Notes under the pieces: model-generated
Databases searched by the model: none
What the model saw: the letters and a program-made list of their open reading frames with translations, nothing else
What the model was told of the DNA's origin: nothing
In this document: positions 40,570-53,497 of the stretch, one piece after another
Numbering within the stretch: position 1 is the first letter of the stretch
How the letters are laid out: each line of letters opens with the position of its first letter
DNA from: Octopus sinensis
Taxonomy: Eukaryota
DNA: 64,000 nucleotides
Direction of reading: 5' to 3'
Assembly: GCF_006345805.1 (NCBI RefSeq)
Contig: NC_043001.1
Coordinates: 5,146,001-5,210,000, forward strand
Made by a program: the position numbers and the translations under genes

Positions 40570-41080
40570 CTGGTATGACCACCATCCAGAGGAAATCACT
40601 GAAAGAGAGAATGTTAACTTCCAATGGAATTACGGAATATATAGAAGGAAGCAAAACATGTTAACAGGCCAGACATCGTCATAAGAGTTTTAAAATCAAA
40701 AATATGCCTATTAATTGATATAACAGTACCTCTTGAAGGAAACATTTCAGCAAAAGAATTTAAAAACTTAAAATATAAGGATCTTGAGATTGAGATGTCT
40801 AGGACATGGCAATTAAAAACCAAATGCACCCCTGTTGTTGGAGGTGCCCTGGGAATAACAAAGATAGGCACCATTTTTTGACCAGATCCCCGGGAAAACG
40901 ACTATCTATGAAGCTCAAATCATTGTGTTGCAGTCAATAATCCACATTGTTGGGAATTCTCTCTCAATGTAATGTATATGTGTTTTAGGGCTCTGGTTGA
41001 GACTTCGTTAGAAGTTCAGATCAAATGCAATTCAATCGGAATATGATATTAATAATGATAACAACAACAAAAACAACAAC

Positions 41081-41145
<65 letters not shown>
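40570..41145 (+). mobile_element. 5'-truncated, decayed R4/Dong-type RLE retrotransposon 3' end with (AAT)n tail
   Basis: Translates in pieces to WYDHHPEEIT, NRPDIV, CLLIDITVP, KYKDLEIEMSRTWQLKTKCTPVVGGALG, homologous to ORF 53592-54047. (AAT)n follows at about 41080-41145. Confidence 0.75.
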
Positions 41146-41148
<3 letters not shown>

Positions 41149-43439
41149 TGATGTGATGCAATTACAGATACTAACTCCCATGGCTTCTAATCTCAAGTGA
41201 TTTGAGTGTTATCATGTATGTGTTTTGTCTTGGTTGAAAAAAATAGACTACAGCAAATCTTCTGCTCAATATCACAGATTCGTTTGTCAGTCGTTTGACC
41301 TTAACTAGTTGAGCATGTCCTCATTTGGCTGACGATAAGAGCATCCGTGATCAAGAGCATTGGTAGAGGAGGAGCATCATAGCAATGTCTTGAAAGGAAT
41401 TATTTTTGGGTTTGAAAATTTCACTTCTGGAAATAAGAGTGTTTCGTTCAACTTTATTAAACAGTCATTATCCAAACACCTCTTGAGCGAGCGGGACCAC
41501 ACTTTCTTTTTCCTAAAAATGTACATTATTTCTATTCCCTTTCGTTGATCTGAGAAGAATCAAGTTTATACTTAGTTACCTCTAAGGTGATGAACAACTC
41601 AGAATTTGTCAAAATAGTTAGGTCGCTGATATTCGGGTTGCATTGAACGAACGAATGGGAAGTTTATTTATCATACTCTGAAGTTGCTGACACGTATTTT
41701 AGGGATTTCTGAGTGAAATATTCTTTATGTCTGTATTTCTTTCTTTCTTTAATATTAAATTGAATATTTGTTGTTTTATGTTTCTTTGCATTTATGTGAC
41801 GTCTACCATAGTAATGTTTATTAACTTAATTATTTTCTCTTATCTTATTCAGTATCGTAAATTCATTTTTCATGTCAATTGCGAAACTTTGTATATAATA
41901 AAAGGTCACATATTTTATTTTGTCGTTGCTGTTCCTGTGTTTGTGTTTCGTGTGATCGTCGTTTAAGGAACGGGAAATATGACGTGTGTTAATTTTGTCG
42001 TTGTTGATTGCTTTTCAAAAGAATACAAAAACACTTGCGCATGATCGGTGTTCTGTCTCTGTGTTGGCGGTAGTTTTGATATAGGAAGATGAGAGTGCGT
42101 GAAGTCGTTTGGTGAGACTTAAGACGATGGTCTAAGCGGTATAATGTATATTTTGATTGGCTGTAATACAAATTGTAAACTCAACGCCATGTGCAATTGT
42201 TTTGCAACTCTTTTGACTCTTACTTGGGGTGTGACAAGCAAGTCTACGCTTTGAATGTATATTTGTTCATGGTTGTTTACAGACGTGTGAAGATGTGTCC
42301 CTATCACTATTTGCATTCAATAAAAATTTCACGTTTTACCGGATGTGATTGAAGCAAAAATACCATAATGGCTGAAACAATACATCAACAATCCTTCTTC
42401 AATTCGTTAGAGTTTTCTAGAGGTTGGAGGATATACGTGAAATCTTAAGCTTCAGATAGTCACATACTGTAGTAGAAGATTCTCAGATTGCTGTCATATT
42501 TTCTCTAATTCCTAAAGTCTCATATAAAGCCACATTATATCATTTCCGAAGACGTGGCATCGACCGAAAACATTGTACACATGGCTGTTTTAGCTACAGT
42601 CTTCGTAGTCATTGACATTTCTATGACCGGAAAGCCAGTCACTTTATGAAAGATAATTAGATAAAGTCTCATTAACCATCTTGACGTTAGTATCTTACTT
42701 TGAGCTTCTATACATTTGTCGCATCTGTAATTTTCGGCTCTTGTCTGCTTTTGTTCTCAATTACGGTTTCCTAATCTTTCATTAAAGTAATATTTTACTC
42801 ACTGTTTTGATTAATGTTTTCCATATAATACTTTCGAGACCTGTTATGGTGTTCCATTCTGATTTGCTTTGAATAATGTTTTTATTAATCATCAAATAAT
42901 ATATTCCATTGCCGGAAAATTCTAGCTAAAATTTCTGTACACTATTCACATTATTTTATAACAATTTTCTTTGTGGTTGTATATTTTCCGAATAGCAACA
43001 CATAGCAGACCAGGAACAGGTTTTCTCATGTTATGCAGCGGAGGTAGCAAACGGATGAAGAAAACAATCAACGGGTTATCTTCGATAATTTATGATCTAT
43101 CAAAACAAATATTAAATACCATAGACACGTTTTGACCAAAGATTGGTCAAGGCCATGTCTAACTGAATAGCCCCACCTGGTTAGGGCATATATTTAACTG
43201 GAAATTGCAGTATTTCATTGATATCAACTGCACATACCAACTCACATCAAATGTTGTCTTTTCTTTTGTATATTTGAAACACGTCTAGTTATAAAACATA
43301 TTTGTTGTAATGTGAGGAATAATCTAACGTCCAAATTTAAATGTCATGCTCTGGCTAATACTTTAGATTAAATCTCAGCTTTCGGTCATATTTTTATTAG
43401 TTTTGATTCAAAAGTTTCATAATATTTTTAATATGCATC

Positions 43440-43680
43440 ACAGCATTCAAAGTAGAGGCCATCGTGTTGCACCACTTGAAGCCACCTTTCTGTCAGTTCT
43501 TTGATCTCGTCTTTCGAGACGAAGACCTCGTTCACTAAAGATTCAACGTCCTTTTGCTTCATAAAACGTTGCAAAATCTGGAAATAGGACTTGGATCGGA
43601 ACAAATAGTAATCTGAATGAACACAGTCCCCACTATATACTAACAGTTGGATTCTCTCAAGTTCCTGGAGTGGTAGGAGA
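43440..43680 (-). mobile_element. Mariner transposase C-terminal remnant
   Basis: The minus frame reads YSGDCVHSDYYLFRS...IKELTERWLQVVQHDGLYFEC. Confidence 0.7.
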
Positions 43681-43819
43681 CATTGCGTTTTCTAGCTACA
43701 GTAGAACTAATTTTATGTTGATGCCAGCTATTTTTCCGGCACAGTGGCGTACATCATCTCCAGCTACTTATAGTACAAGGTGGCTCAATAATTTGGCCGT
43801 TAGGAATGAAATCAGACTG

Positions 43820-44150
43820 AATTGTCTTCTCATGATATCACCAAATGCAGTGTATCATCTTGTGTTCCAAACGCCCATGATTCGCGACACGTTCCAAACA
43901 CCGTGCTTTACATATCCACTGCTTATGCACGCGAGGACTGCGGAAAAATATCTTCCACCGATTATTATTTCTTCATGGCAAACTGCGTGCGCTCTCGACA
44001 CTTCTTTTGTCAGGAAGAAACAGCATCTTCAGTGATGGAGCTTTTCACCTCGAAGGAAAATTTCTGGTATTAGCATGAGATCATAGAACCAGAACTGGAA
44101 GGTGGCTTCAGACAGTGCAACATGATGGACCCAACTTAGAATGCACGGCT
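43820..44150 (+). mobile_element. Mariner transposase C-terminal remnant, same family as 43440-43680, opposite orientation
   Basis: SSTDYYFFMA...ELFTSKENFWY*HEI...WLQTVQHDGPNLEC. Confidence 0.65.
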
Positions 44151-44754
44151 GCTGTTACTGTAACTTGAAATGAGCAAGTGGGTTACCAAAATATAACTAA
44201 ACCTGTCTCAGCACACTATATTACATTCTTGGTTAAAATGCGTTTTTAAATCAAAGTCTCTTGCTGGTCTCACTAAAGGTAGAGACCTTTGATTTTCTTT
44301 GGAATGTTAGAAGTTTCTGTGATTGCATTAATTTTCAATTATTAAATTTTCGTTTTTATGTATTACTTGAACTCATAACATCAAAACATACCCTTAATTT
44401 CATAACTCACATATTTTTCTATATTCATATTAAATATATATTTACTTGCCATGTTTTATTTAGAGTATTTTGAAAGTTAGTTCTCTGTTTCCTGTATTTT
44501 GTTTCCTTTGTCTAGACATCCTAGTTTATTTAGCGGCCATTTGGGAATATTAAAGCGAAAAATCTATTAATGCGACATCTGGAATACTATTGGTTTTTGT
44601 TTTATATCTATATCCAAATCCTTTTACAGTATTATAGTAATGTGTATATTATATATATATTTATTTGTTTATTCTCTTCTCTCTAGTTCGAGATTATTAG
44701 ACATGTGTATATTTGTTGTTAAGGTGATTCACTTAAATGTAGTTCTTTCACAAG

Positions 44755-45070
44755 TTAGTAGCTACGTGGGAAGAACTTTGCTTCCAAACCACCTCGTTTT
44801 GGGTTCAGTATCACAGCGTGGCAACTTAGGGCAGTGGTTTCTACTATCGTCTCGGGGCTACGAAAACCTCGTTAGGGGATTTGGTAGAGAGAAACTGAAC
44901 GAAAACCGTCGTTTGTTTTGTTTGATATATTCATCCGTCAGCGCTTGGGTACCCGCGTTTGTGCGTTTATTTCCCCATAAGAGAACGGTTCGGCAAAGGT
45001 TGACGATGGAATATGTATGTGGATAAGCAAAACTATAAATTCTTCCAGGCATTGCTCCAGCATGGCTGCG
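44755..45070 (+). mobile_element. SINE family A, old degenerate copy
   Basis: aaccacctcgttttgggttcagtatcacagcgtggcaacttagggcagtg...atttggtagagagaaactgaa...gctccagcatggctgc. Confidence 0.65.
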
Positions 45071-45369
45071 CTCTTGAGTAAGACAACACAAGTTTCTAAA
45101 CAGTGCCTGCAATGGCATAGTTTAGTAAATGGATAAGATGTAGTGTTCATAACAGTACATAATCAGAAGCGAAGATTTTGAAGTCGCTCATGTATATTCC
45201 CTTTGATTACTGGCGCAAGAAAACGTGTCGATTAAAAGACACGTAGGAGGATGAAAAGTAAACAAGAAATGGTAGATAAAAGGAATCAAGTGACAACATT
45301 CATCTATATCACATAACATCATTTATATAATCACATATAAATGGTTTGTGACTACCAAAATCTTTATGC

Positions 45370-45550
45370 AACTGAAAAAATCTATGTTTTGGCTTCAAAT
45401 TCTGGTAGAAAACCAGTAATTTCGTGGGAGTAGGGGGAAAGTCAATTACGTCGAGGTCAATTCTTAAACTTTTATCGATTTCACAAGGGTGATGTGCAAC
45501 AACAGCAGAATTTGAACTAAGAATGTATGTACGGAGCATTCTGCCAGTTC
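45370..45550 (-). mobile_element. SINE family B, degenerate
   Basis: gtcaattacgtcgagg...tttatcgatttcacaagggtga...gaatttgaactaagaa...gcattctgccagttcacc. Confidence 0.5.
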
Positions 45551-45563
45551 ACCGCACATAATG

Positions 45564-45619
<56 letters not shown>

Positions 45620-45623
45620 GTGT

Positions 45624-45669
<46 letters not shown>

Positions 45670-45712
45670 GTGTGTGTGTGCGTGTGTGTGTGTGTGTGTG
45701 TGTGCGTGTGTA

Positions 45713-45860
45713 TGACGGAGCTTGGCTCAGGGGTTAGAGCGTCACACACACAATCTTCATATAGTGAGTTCGGTTCCAGGACCGGAATGTGTGTCTTCTT
45801 GAGCAAAACGATTTATTTCACGTTGTTCCTGTTCACTCAGCGGTAGACGTGAATTGCCAC
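45713..45860 (+). mobile_element. SINE head H2, degenerate
   Basis: ggctcaggggttagagcg...cttcttgagcaaaacgatttatttcacgttgttcctgttcactcagc. Confidence 0.55.
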
Positions 45861-45885
45861 GTCACTATCTATCTATCTATCTATC

Positions 45886-46049
<164 letters not shown>

Positions 46050-46108
46050 TAGATAGATTTTTTGCGTAATAAGTTTAAAAAAACATATATATATGCATAT
46101 ATCTTTAT

Positions 46109-46140
<32 letters not shown>

Positions 46141-46773
46141 CAAATATATATGCATACTCACACACAAACACACACACACATACTTACAAATATATATATA
46201 TATCGTTATAGTTATACATAAATGATGGATAACAGTTCCAGGGCGCTGATTGTGAATCCCTGCCTAAAAAATTCCGGTAACCACCCTATAAGCTATTGCG
46301 TATCATTCCTAGCATAGTGGTCCATATCGGTTTCTTTTAGTTGTGTCATATCTGTGTAGACTTCCCATTATAGAAACTATAACATTTGCCTTTGTAGATA
46401 CAGGCATTCATTTTCCTTCCTTACTTTTCTGTTTTATCAAATATTGGACTGCAGCATCCACTTATTAACATTTTTATAGAGAACTTCACTTTTGTGAGAA
46501 TATATGGCTTTGGAGCGATAGAAATTCTGTCTTATTCACTCCGTTTTCTGCTATTCTCCATTTCCGTCTATGTCTCATCAAATATTTTTACAAACTTATT
46601 CCACTTTAGAAGAAATATTAAAACAAAAGGAATTGGCTTTTGCTATGTCCTTTTGTCTACAATTTAATATCTTGGTGTAGATTTGTTTGCTATTTTGTTT
46701 GCTTGTTTTTGTAGCGTATCACATTGTTTTTTGTATCTTCTACTTTTTCTTCTTCTTTTCCTTCGTTTTCTTT

Positions 46774-46966
46774 TTCTTCTTCTTTTCCTTCTACTCTCCC
46801 TCTTCTTCTTTTCCTTCTTCTTCTCCCTTTTCTTCTTCATTTCCTTCTTCTTCTTCTTTTTCTTCTTCTTCTTTTCCTTCTACTCTCCCTCTTCTTCTTT
46901 TCCTTCTTCTTCTCCCTTTTCTTCTTCATTTCCTTCTTCTTCTTCTTTTTCTTCTTCTTTTCCTTC
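46774..46966. repeat. 89-bp higher-order tandem duplication within a degenerate (CTT)n tract
   Basis: The marker ctactctccc occurs at 46791 and 46880, with near-identical sequence following each. Confidence 0.85.
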
Positions 46967-47406
46967 TTTTCCTTCTTCTTCTTAAGATTTTAAATCTGTC
47001 TTCGTTTTTGATATGTATACATACACACACGCACAAACACACATACACACATAAAAAATCCCACACATACGCACGGGCACAGAAACATATATCGTTATAT
47101 TTATGAAAGAAAACAAGATAAACTCCTATTTTACATCAGATTAAAGTGTGCACTTAGAAGTGCTCAGGTAATTCAGACATGAGACATATGATAAATATAC
47201 AAGTGAGAATAACACCAGATAACTCAGTCCACAAACAATAATCCAACTCGCTTTCGTCAATAGAATTGATATAGATGCATCACCAGAAGCACAGAGTTTA
47301 TTATTATAGAGAATACTTTAAAATACATAGATACATTTAAAATATATAAATATATAGATATATTAAAAATTCAGACATATATATAAATATATAAAGTGGC
47401 AGTGTA

Positions 47407-47772
47407 TAGGCGCAGGTGTGGCTATGTGGTATGTAGCTTGCTTACTAACAACATGGGCCCGGGTTCAGTGCCACTGCGTGGTATCTTGGGCAAGTGTCTT
47501 TTACTAAAGCCTCGGGCAGTTCAAAGACTTGTGAGATTGATTTGGCACACGGAAACTGAAAGAATCCTGTCGTATATATATTCATATGTGTGTGTGTGTA
47601 AGTGTGTGTATATGTTTGTGTGTCTGTGTTTGTCTCCCCAACATCGCTTGACATCCGATGCTTGTGTGTTTACGTCACCGTATCTTAGAGGTTCGACAAA
47701 GACACCGATGGGCTTACAAAGAATAAGACTTGGGATTGATTTGCTCGACGCCTGGCGGTACTCCAGCATGGG
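47407..47772 (+). mobile_element. SINE family A, moderately diverged
   Basis: taggcgcaggtgtggctatgtggtatgtag...ggcggtactccagcatgg. Confidence 0.85.
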
Positions 47773-48339
47773 CGAATTAAATGAATTAATAAATTTATTA
47801 AAATTATATATGATAAATGATACGGTGAAAGTTAAATGGATGTAAGCATTAGTACATAAATATATTAAAATATATTGAACAAGTATAAATATATATATAT
47901 ATATATAAATTCGTACGATTAGAGAATAAAAATTAAATATTTGAAATGAAATGAAAAATAAGAATTCTGGAAGGAATGAAAAGGTGAACTTTTAAATATC
48001 CTACATGTATTTATGTGACTTTGTTTATGTATAATCATCTGTATTCGTGTATGTATATATAAAATCAAAACAACGAAGAACAAACAAGAGAAGCAAGAAC
48101 GCTAGGACGGGAATCATGCTAAGTATTAGCAGACGCTGAGGGAAAGACAGAAAGGTGGTTTTATGTTTCGAGCACAGCTGTTCTTCAGGAACAGGAGACA
48201 GGACAAAGTCAATGACAAGAGCTACATGTATATATATATATATAACCATATATTTGCATATACATACATACAAATACTTAAATATATGTATATGTATCTA
48301 TTTGTATATGTATGTATGTGAATGTGTCTATATATATGC

Positions 48340-48434
<95 letters not shown>

Positions 48435-48866
48435 CCATATACCTACATGTGGATCCAAATATCTCTATATGTCTATACTGATGCAGTTTATTCAGTCTTC
48501 AATTTAACATGCTGTGATTTAACTCTTTAAAGTGTTTCGTTAATCTACTCTGCGTCGTATGATGCAGACTCCTTCGTTAACTTTGACACGAACTGTCTTG
48601 AAATGAAGTCTTTATTTGATAATCACGTATAGACATTTATTTCAAAATATTCCGTGCTTAAATGTTTATTACTCATTTATATTAAGCAACGGCGAATTTC
48701 CTCATTTGCAAGCATCTGAAAGCGTGTTCCTCTCTACAATTTGTTACATTGCCCTTAGATGTAAAAATGTTTAGGTATATATATATATATATGTGTGTGT
48801 GTGTACATATATATATATATATATATACATATACATACATACATACATACATACATACTTATATAT

Positions 48867-48923
<57 letters not shown>

Positions 48924-49481
48924 GTCTGCGCTTCATTAGCCAGATGGTAAATTGTTTTAATGTGTGTAGTTTATCAATTGCGCAAAGTTATTGATATTCG
49001 CTGGAACAGAAAGAAGTTAATATTAACAAGAAACAAATATCTTTTCGGACGTTTTGATGTAGTAAATTGTTGTTTCGAAATTCTTTAAAACCTTTTTAAT
49101 GCAGGGCATTGTTTACACGTCTGTTTGAAAATGAAATTTTTTCTCGATTCTTCACGATTTTTATTCCTTGAAATATGTTTTCATACATGGCGGTGCATGC
49201 GTGTGTATGGATACGAATGCGAGATTTTTTAACGTATATTTGAAAATGAAATACTTTCACTTTAATAGCTTTCTAAAATAGGAAATATCGATTTCATGTT
49301 GATACATCCCTTTAAGTAAATACATTTTAAATGTGGATCGATAATGAATGTTTTCCTTATTTGAAAAGATTCCTCATTTTCAAAATCGTCACCCTCTTCA
49401 GTTACCATCAATATTTCAGTGTGATCAAGGCCTGGGAAAGAAAACAGAAACGATGAAGTACATAAACAGAGATCGAATTTA

Positions 49482-49543
49482 CAACAACAACAATAATGAT
49501 GATGATGATGGTGGTGGTGATGATGATGATGATGATGATGATG

Positions 49544-49602
<59 letters not shown>

Positions 49603-49665
49603 AAGAAGAAGAAGAAGAAGAAGAAGAAGAAGAAGAAGAAGAAGAAAAAGAAGAAGAAGAAGAAG
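49482..49665. repeat. Compound trinucleotide microsatellite (ACA, AAT, GAT, GGT, GAT, AAT, AAG)
   Basis: Direct reading. Confidence 0.95.
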
Positions 49666-51078
49666 TGACAATTTCGAAGTGGAATGTAGAAAAGTATTTC
49701 TGATCATTTTGATTTAAGGAGTACATATTTACGCTTCAAGCAATTAAATATATACACATACTCGCATCTGTTTAACATGTATCTTCGTAAATATACACTT
49801 ACACATACTCATACATATATGTGTCTGTACATGTGTGTATGTGTGTGTGCGTGTTTGCGTATAAGTCTATGTTCGTTTGTGTGTGATTGAGACAGTGTAT
49901 ATATGTACGTATTTTTGAGTTTTTCTGGGTAGAAATGGGAGCTTGCACTATATTTAAGATGGATGAAAAAAATCTACAACAGAAATAATAAAGAAAATTA
50001 TTGAACTTATTGACTTAACGAAGTGTAAACAAACGTCGAATTATCGATTTTTTCATTAAAATTCTTCATTGTTTGGAGTGTCAATTTTTTTTTCTAAAAC
50101 AAGACATATTAAAGTTGTGCACACAGTTTGAAATGCAAGAATGAACAACATCAAACTTTCTGTTTGTGTCTCTAACTCATGCTCTCCATCTTTTATGCAT
50201 TCTCTTCACTGTTTACCACCATCGTCTTTGTCAATATCACTATTGTTGTTATCATTATTGCTGTTATTTTCCTCAGAGCTGACATCAATAACATCGCCAT
50301 TATCATCGCCCTCGTCGACATCGTCGCCATTACATTCATTATTATCTTCAGCAAGAACAAAGAACAACAACTACTGACGCATAAACGACAATATTGCACC
50401 CATATCCCGTTGCTAGGATATTTGTTGAAGGTTTTTCATCACTGTCTGGGTTGTATGAATCCGTTGCTGCACAGTCTGGCTTTTAGCACAAATAATTCCT
50501 CAGTTGTATTCTCAAACACAGCTTAAAATCAAATTCTGCAATCATGCTTTAATAATCTCTTGTCTTGTATTTCTTTGTAACTAAATCAGCGATTTGCCAG
50601 AATCGTTACACTACGGGCTAAATTCTTAACGACGTCTTTATTTTTAGCATTCATTCACAATTGTTCTGAACTACAATTTTATGATTTTTGTTTCCCATTC
50701 GCTATATGTTCCCATACTTTTTGCATTTTTAAAATTGACAAGTTATTCATACAACGTGTTTCACGGACGTGACGTTTACGTTTATGCCACCTAAATTCTT
50801 CGTTGCACTTTTGCCGACATCAAACGCTGTCAAAAGTTTTAAGGTTTTTACTTCTCATTCTATAAATTGAATATATATCACAAGAGAGTATTTGAGTGTT
50901 TTACAATGAGAAACCACACCACAAACTTTCCATCCTGTAACAAAACTCGACCTGTTCCATGTGATGCATATCATTTCTACATATTGTTTCTACTATATAT
51001 ATTTCTAGCTTGGAAACTTACTAAGAAAACGATGCTTGGCGTTCGATCATATAATAAGATAAATAGATATATTATAGA

Positions 51079-51585
51079 GAGGGTATTACTACACATAAAT
51101 GCCACACGCTAGGAGGGACTCCTAAAGTAAAAACTACTGAAATAAATAAACACATCGTACCGAATACAACTCTCGAAGCAATTCATTTAAATACAGAATT
51201 TAGTTGCAGATCAGCGTGATTTCACAATGAGTGCGGTGGTGCACTCTTTACTGATCAGTTCAAGCATAAGTCAAGATTTATAAGGAATGAACAAAATCAA
51301 CATACAGACGAACAACCATCGTATCCAACGTAGCATAGAGAAATGTTCACCCCTTACACATCTATGTAAATGGTGGGCTTTTTCTAATTACAATTCGGTA
51401 ACAACGTGCTTATTCGGAATAAAAATTCAGGACTGAATATACTCCGGTTAAATTTATAATTTTAAAATAGGATAAAATCTTTAGAGGAATTTATCAAGTA
51501 GTCATCGTGAAAAACCTTGTATTTTAATAGTTTTGACTTTAGGAGTCCCTCCTAGCGTGTGGCATTTATGTGTAGTAATGCCCTC
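51079..51585. mobile_element. MITE, 507 bp, with 66-bp terminal inverted repeats starting GAGGG
   Basis: 51079-51144 vs the reverse complement of 51520-51585: 62 of 66 identical by hand. The interior is non-coding, the flanks are AT-rich and no clean TSD is visible. Confidence 0.8.
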
Positions 51586-52837
51586 AATATAATATAGAGT
51601 GTATTACAGAAAACTGATGGTATGATCACTTCCTAGCGTAAAGGCGTGACTGTTCCCATTAGCAAGATATCTCTAAACAAAGCAAAACAAAAAACAAAAA
51701 TGAACCTGAGACGAAAACAAGGAGATATAGACGCCCTATGTATTTTCAAAAAAGTTATCTTTAGAATATTGACAATGCAATGAATGTTTCATGGGTTATA
51801 GCAAATTTCTGCACTTCATCAGAGGTTATTTTTGTTTTTAATATGAAATCTGTCTCAATAAAACAGAGTTGTAACCTACTTTGCAAGTAGAATTATTGTA
51901 AGATTTTCTTCAACTTACAGATTCTAAATACAAAATATTGTTAAATCATTGCTTCCTATCTCTAACATCAGCCTGGCTTCGTAAATAAATAATAATTTGT
52001 CTAAGGATTTGTTGAGTATTTTTATGAATGTTTGCCGAGTGTGTATAAAAACTGTATTGGAGATGTTACTACTTAGGAATCGTTGACTGAATTTGGGACG
52101 ATTAAAATAAATCTGATGATGATAATGATGATCACCCTGTTGCTAAGTTTATAAAAAACAAACATGAATTCTCATGTTAGCGCTGCTAACGATGAATCTT
52201 CTGTTACTAAAACTAAATGCAAAACTATTTATCATGTACATATCACTAATGATAATTAAGATATTGCTAATAATAAAGGCCAAATTAGTTAATTATGTTG
52301 ATGTTTGTAATGTTCATGGCGATCATGATTCCGATGACTGTACACAATAAAATATGATTTAGCATTATATGAAAAATGATGTCAAAATCTACGTGAAATA
52401 TGATGGCGACGATGATGCTTTTGCGATAAAATGATGAAAAAGATAAGCGAAAATATTAGAAGATATAGTCTATGAGGAATTGGGAAACAATTATGATTGT
52501 CAAGATAATTAAGACGAACATAATTGTTGGCTAATCATCGTTTGTACTCAAAAAAGTATGGTTGCGAACAGGACGAGTAGAAAAATGTGACTGGTTGAGA
52601 TGTTGATACGGATAAAATATTCAAAAGCACGAACTGAATACAACACATAAATAAAAATACATTTCACAAAGTATTTTTTTTTAAAACATCATATTTACAG
52701 AAATGATTTGAAATTTGAAATGTCTATCATCGAATTAATTTGAAATGCGATGAGGGACATGTCGTGTAAGTATAATATATGTAACGTAAAAGTCGTACCC
52801 CACATTACAATAATTTCAATAAGCCAGATGGCGGCAA

Positions 52838-53048
52838 GGAGGCGAGCTGGCGGAAACGTTAGCACACCGGGCGAATTTTTAGCCGTATTTCGTCTGTTTT
52901 ACGTTCTGAGTTCAAATTCTCCCGAGGACGACTTTACCTTTCAATTTTTTGAGATCCATAAATTAAGTGTCAGTTGCGTACTGGGTCGATCTAATCGACT
53001 GGACCCCTCCACAAAAATTTTGGACCTTGTGCCTAGAGAAGAAAAGCA
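52838..53048 (+). mobile_element. SINE family B, full length
   Basis: ggaggcgagctggcggaaacgttagcacaccgggcg...gttctgagttcaaattc...ggaccttgtgcctagag. Confidence 0.88.
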
Positions 53049-53213
53049 TATCAATAATGGTGGTAATAAAAATGCAGATAAAACTAATAATTCTTCTCAT
53101 TCTTCCAGTGTAAATTTGTCAAATATAATGAAAACGTCATGATAATTCGGCGGTAATCCTACAACTGTGACTGATAATTTCTGTGATTATTATTATCCTT
53201 ACTATTGTCAAAT

Positions 53214-53422
53214 GTGGCGACCTGGCAGAACTATTCGTACACCGGACAAAATATTTAGCAGGACTTCACCCATCGCTACATTCTGAGTTCAAATTCCACC
53301 GAGTTCCTCTTTGCCTTTCATCTTTTAGGAATAGATAAATTAAGTACCAGTTAAGTACTAGGGGTGACGAGGTTCACTCTCCACTCCGCCCAAATTCTAG
53401 GCCTTGTACTTGTAATACAAGG
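53214..53422 (+). mobile_element. SINE family B ending in (ATT)n
   Basis: gtggcgacctggcagaa...ttctgagttcaaattccaccgag...ggccttgtacttgtaatacaagg, followed by (att)n. Confidence 0.8.

Positions 53423-53494
<72 letters not shown>
53423..53494. repeat. (TTA)n tract at the 3' junction of the RLE retrotransposon
   Basis: Direct reading. Confidence 0.95.

Positions 53495-53497
<3 letters not shown>

Noticed and set aside
41990-42300. Minus-strand YYSQSKYTLYRLDHR, loosely like a GIY-YIG YIGQT..L..R..EH motif
   Set aside because: The catalytic motif is not preserved and the similarity could be chance.
42545-42580. ccgaaga...accgaaaacattgta as another hammerhead
   Set aside because: No convincing stem I or stem II, and the core is altered.
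43451-44136. Apparent ~60-bp degenerate TIRs suggesting a 690-bp MITE
   Set aside because: Both arms translate to the same mariner transposase C-terminus, so these are two inverted fragments rather than TIRs.
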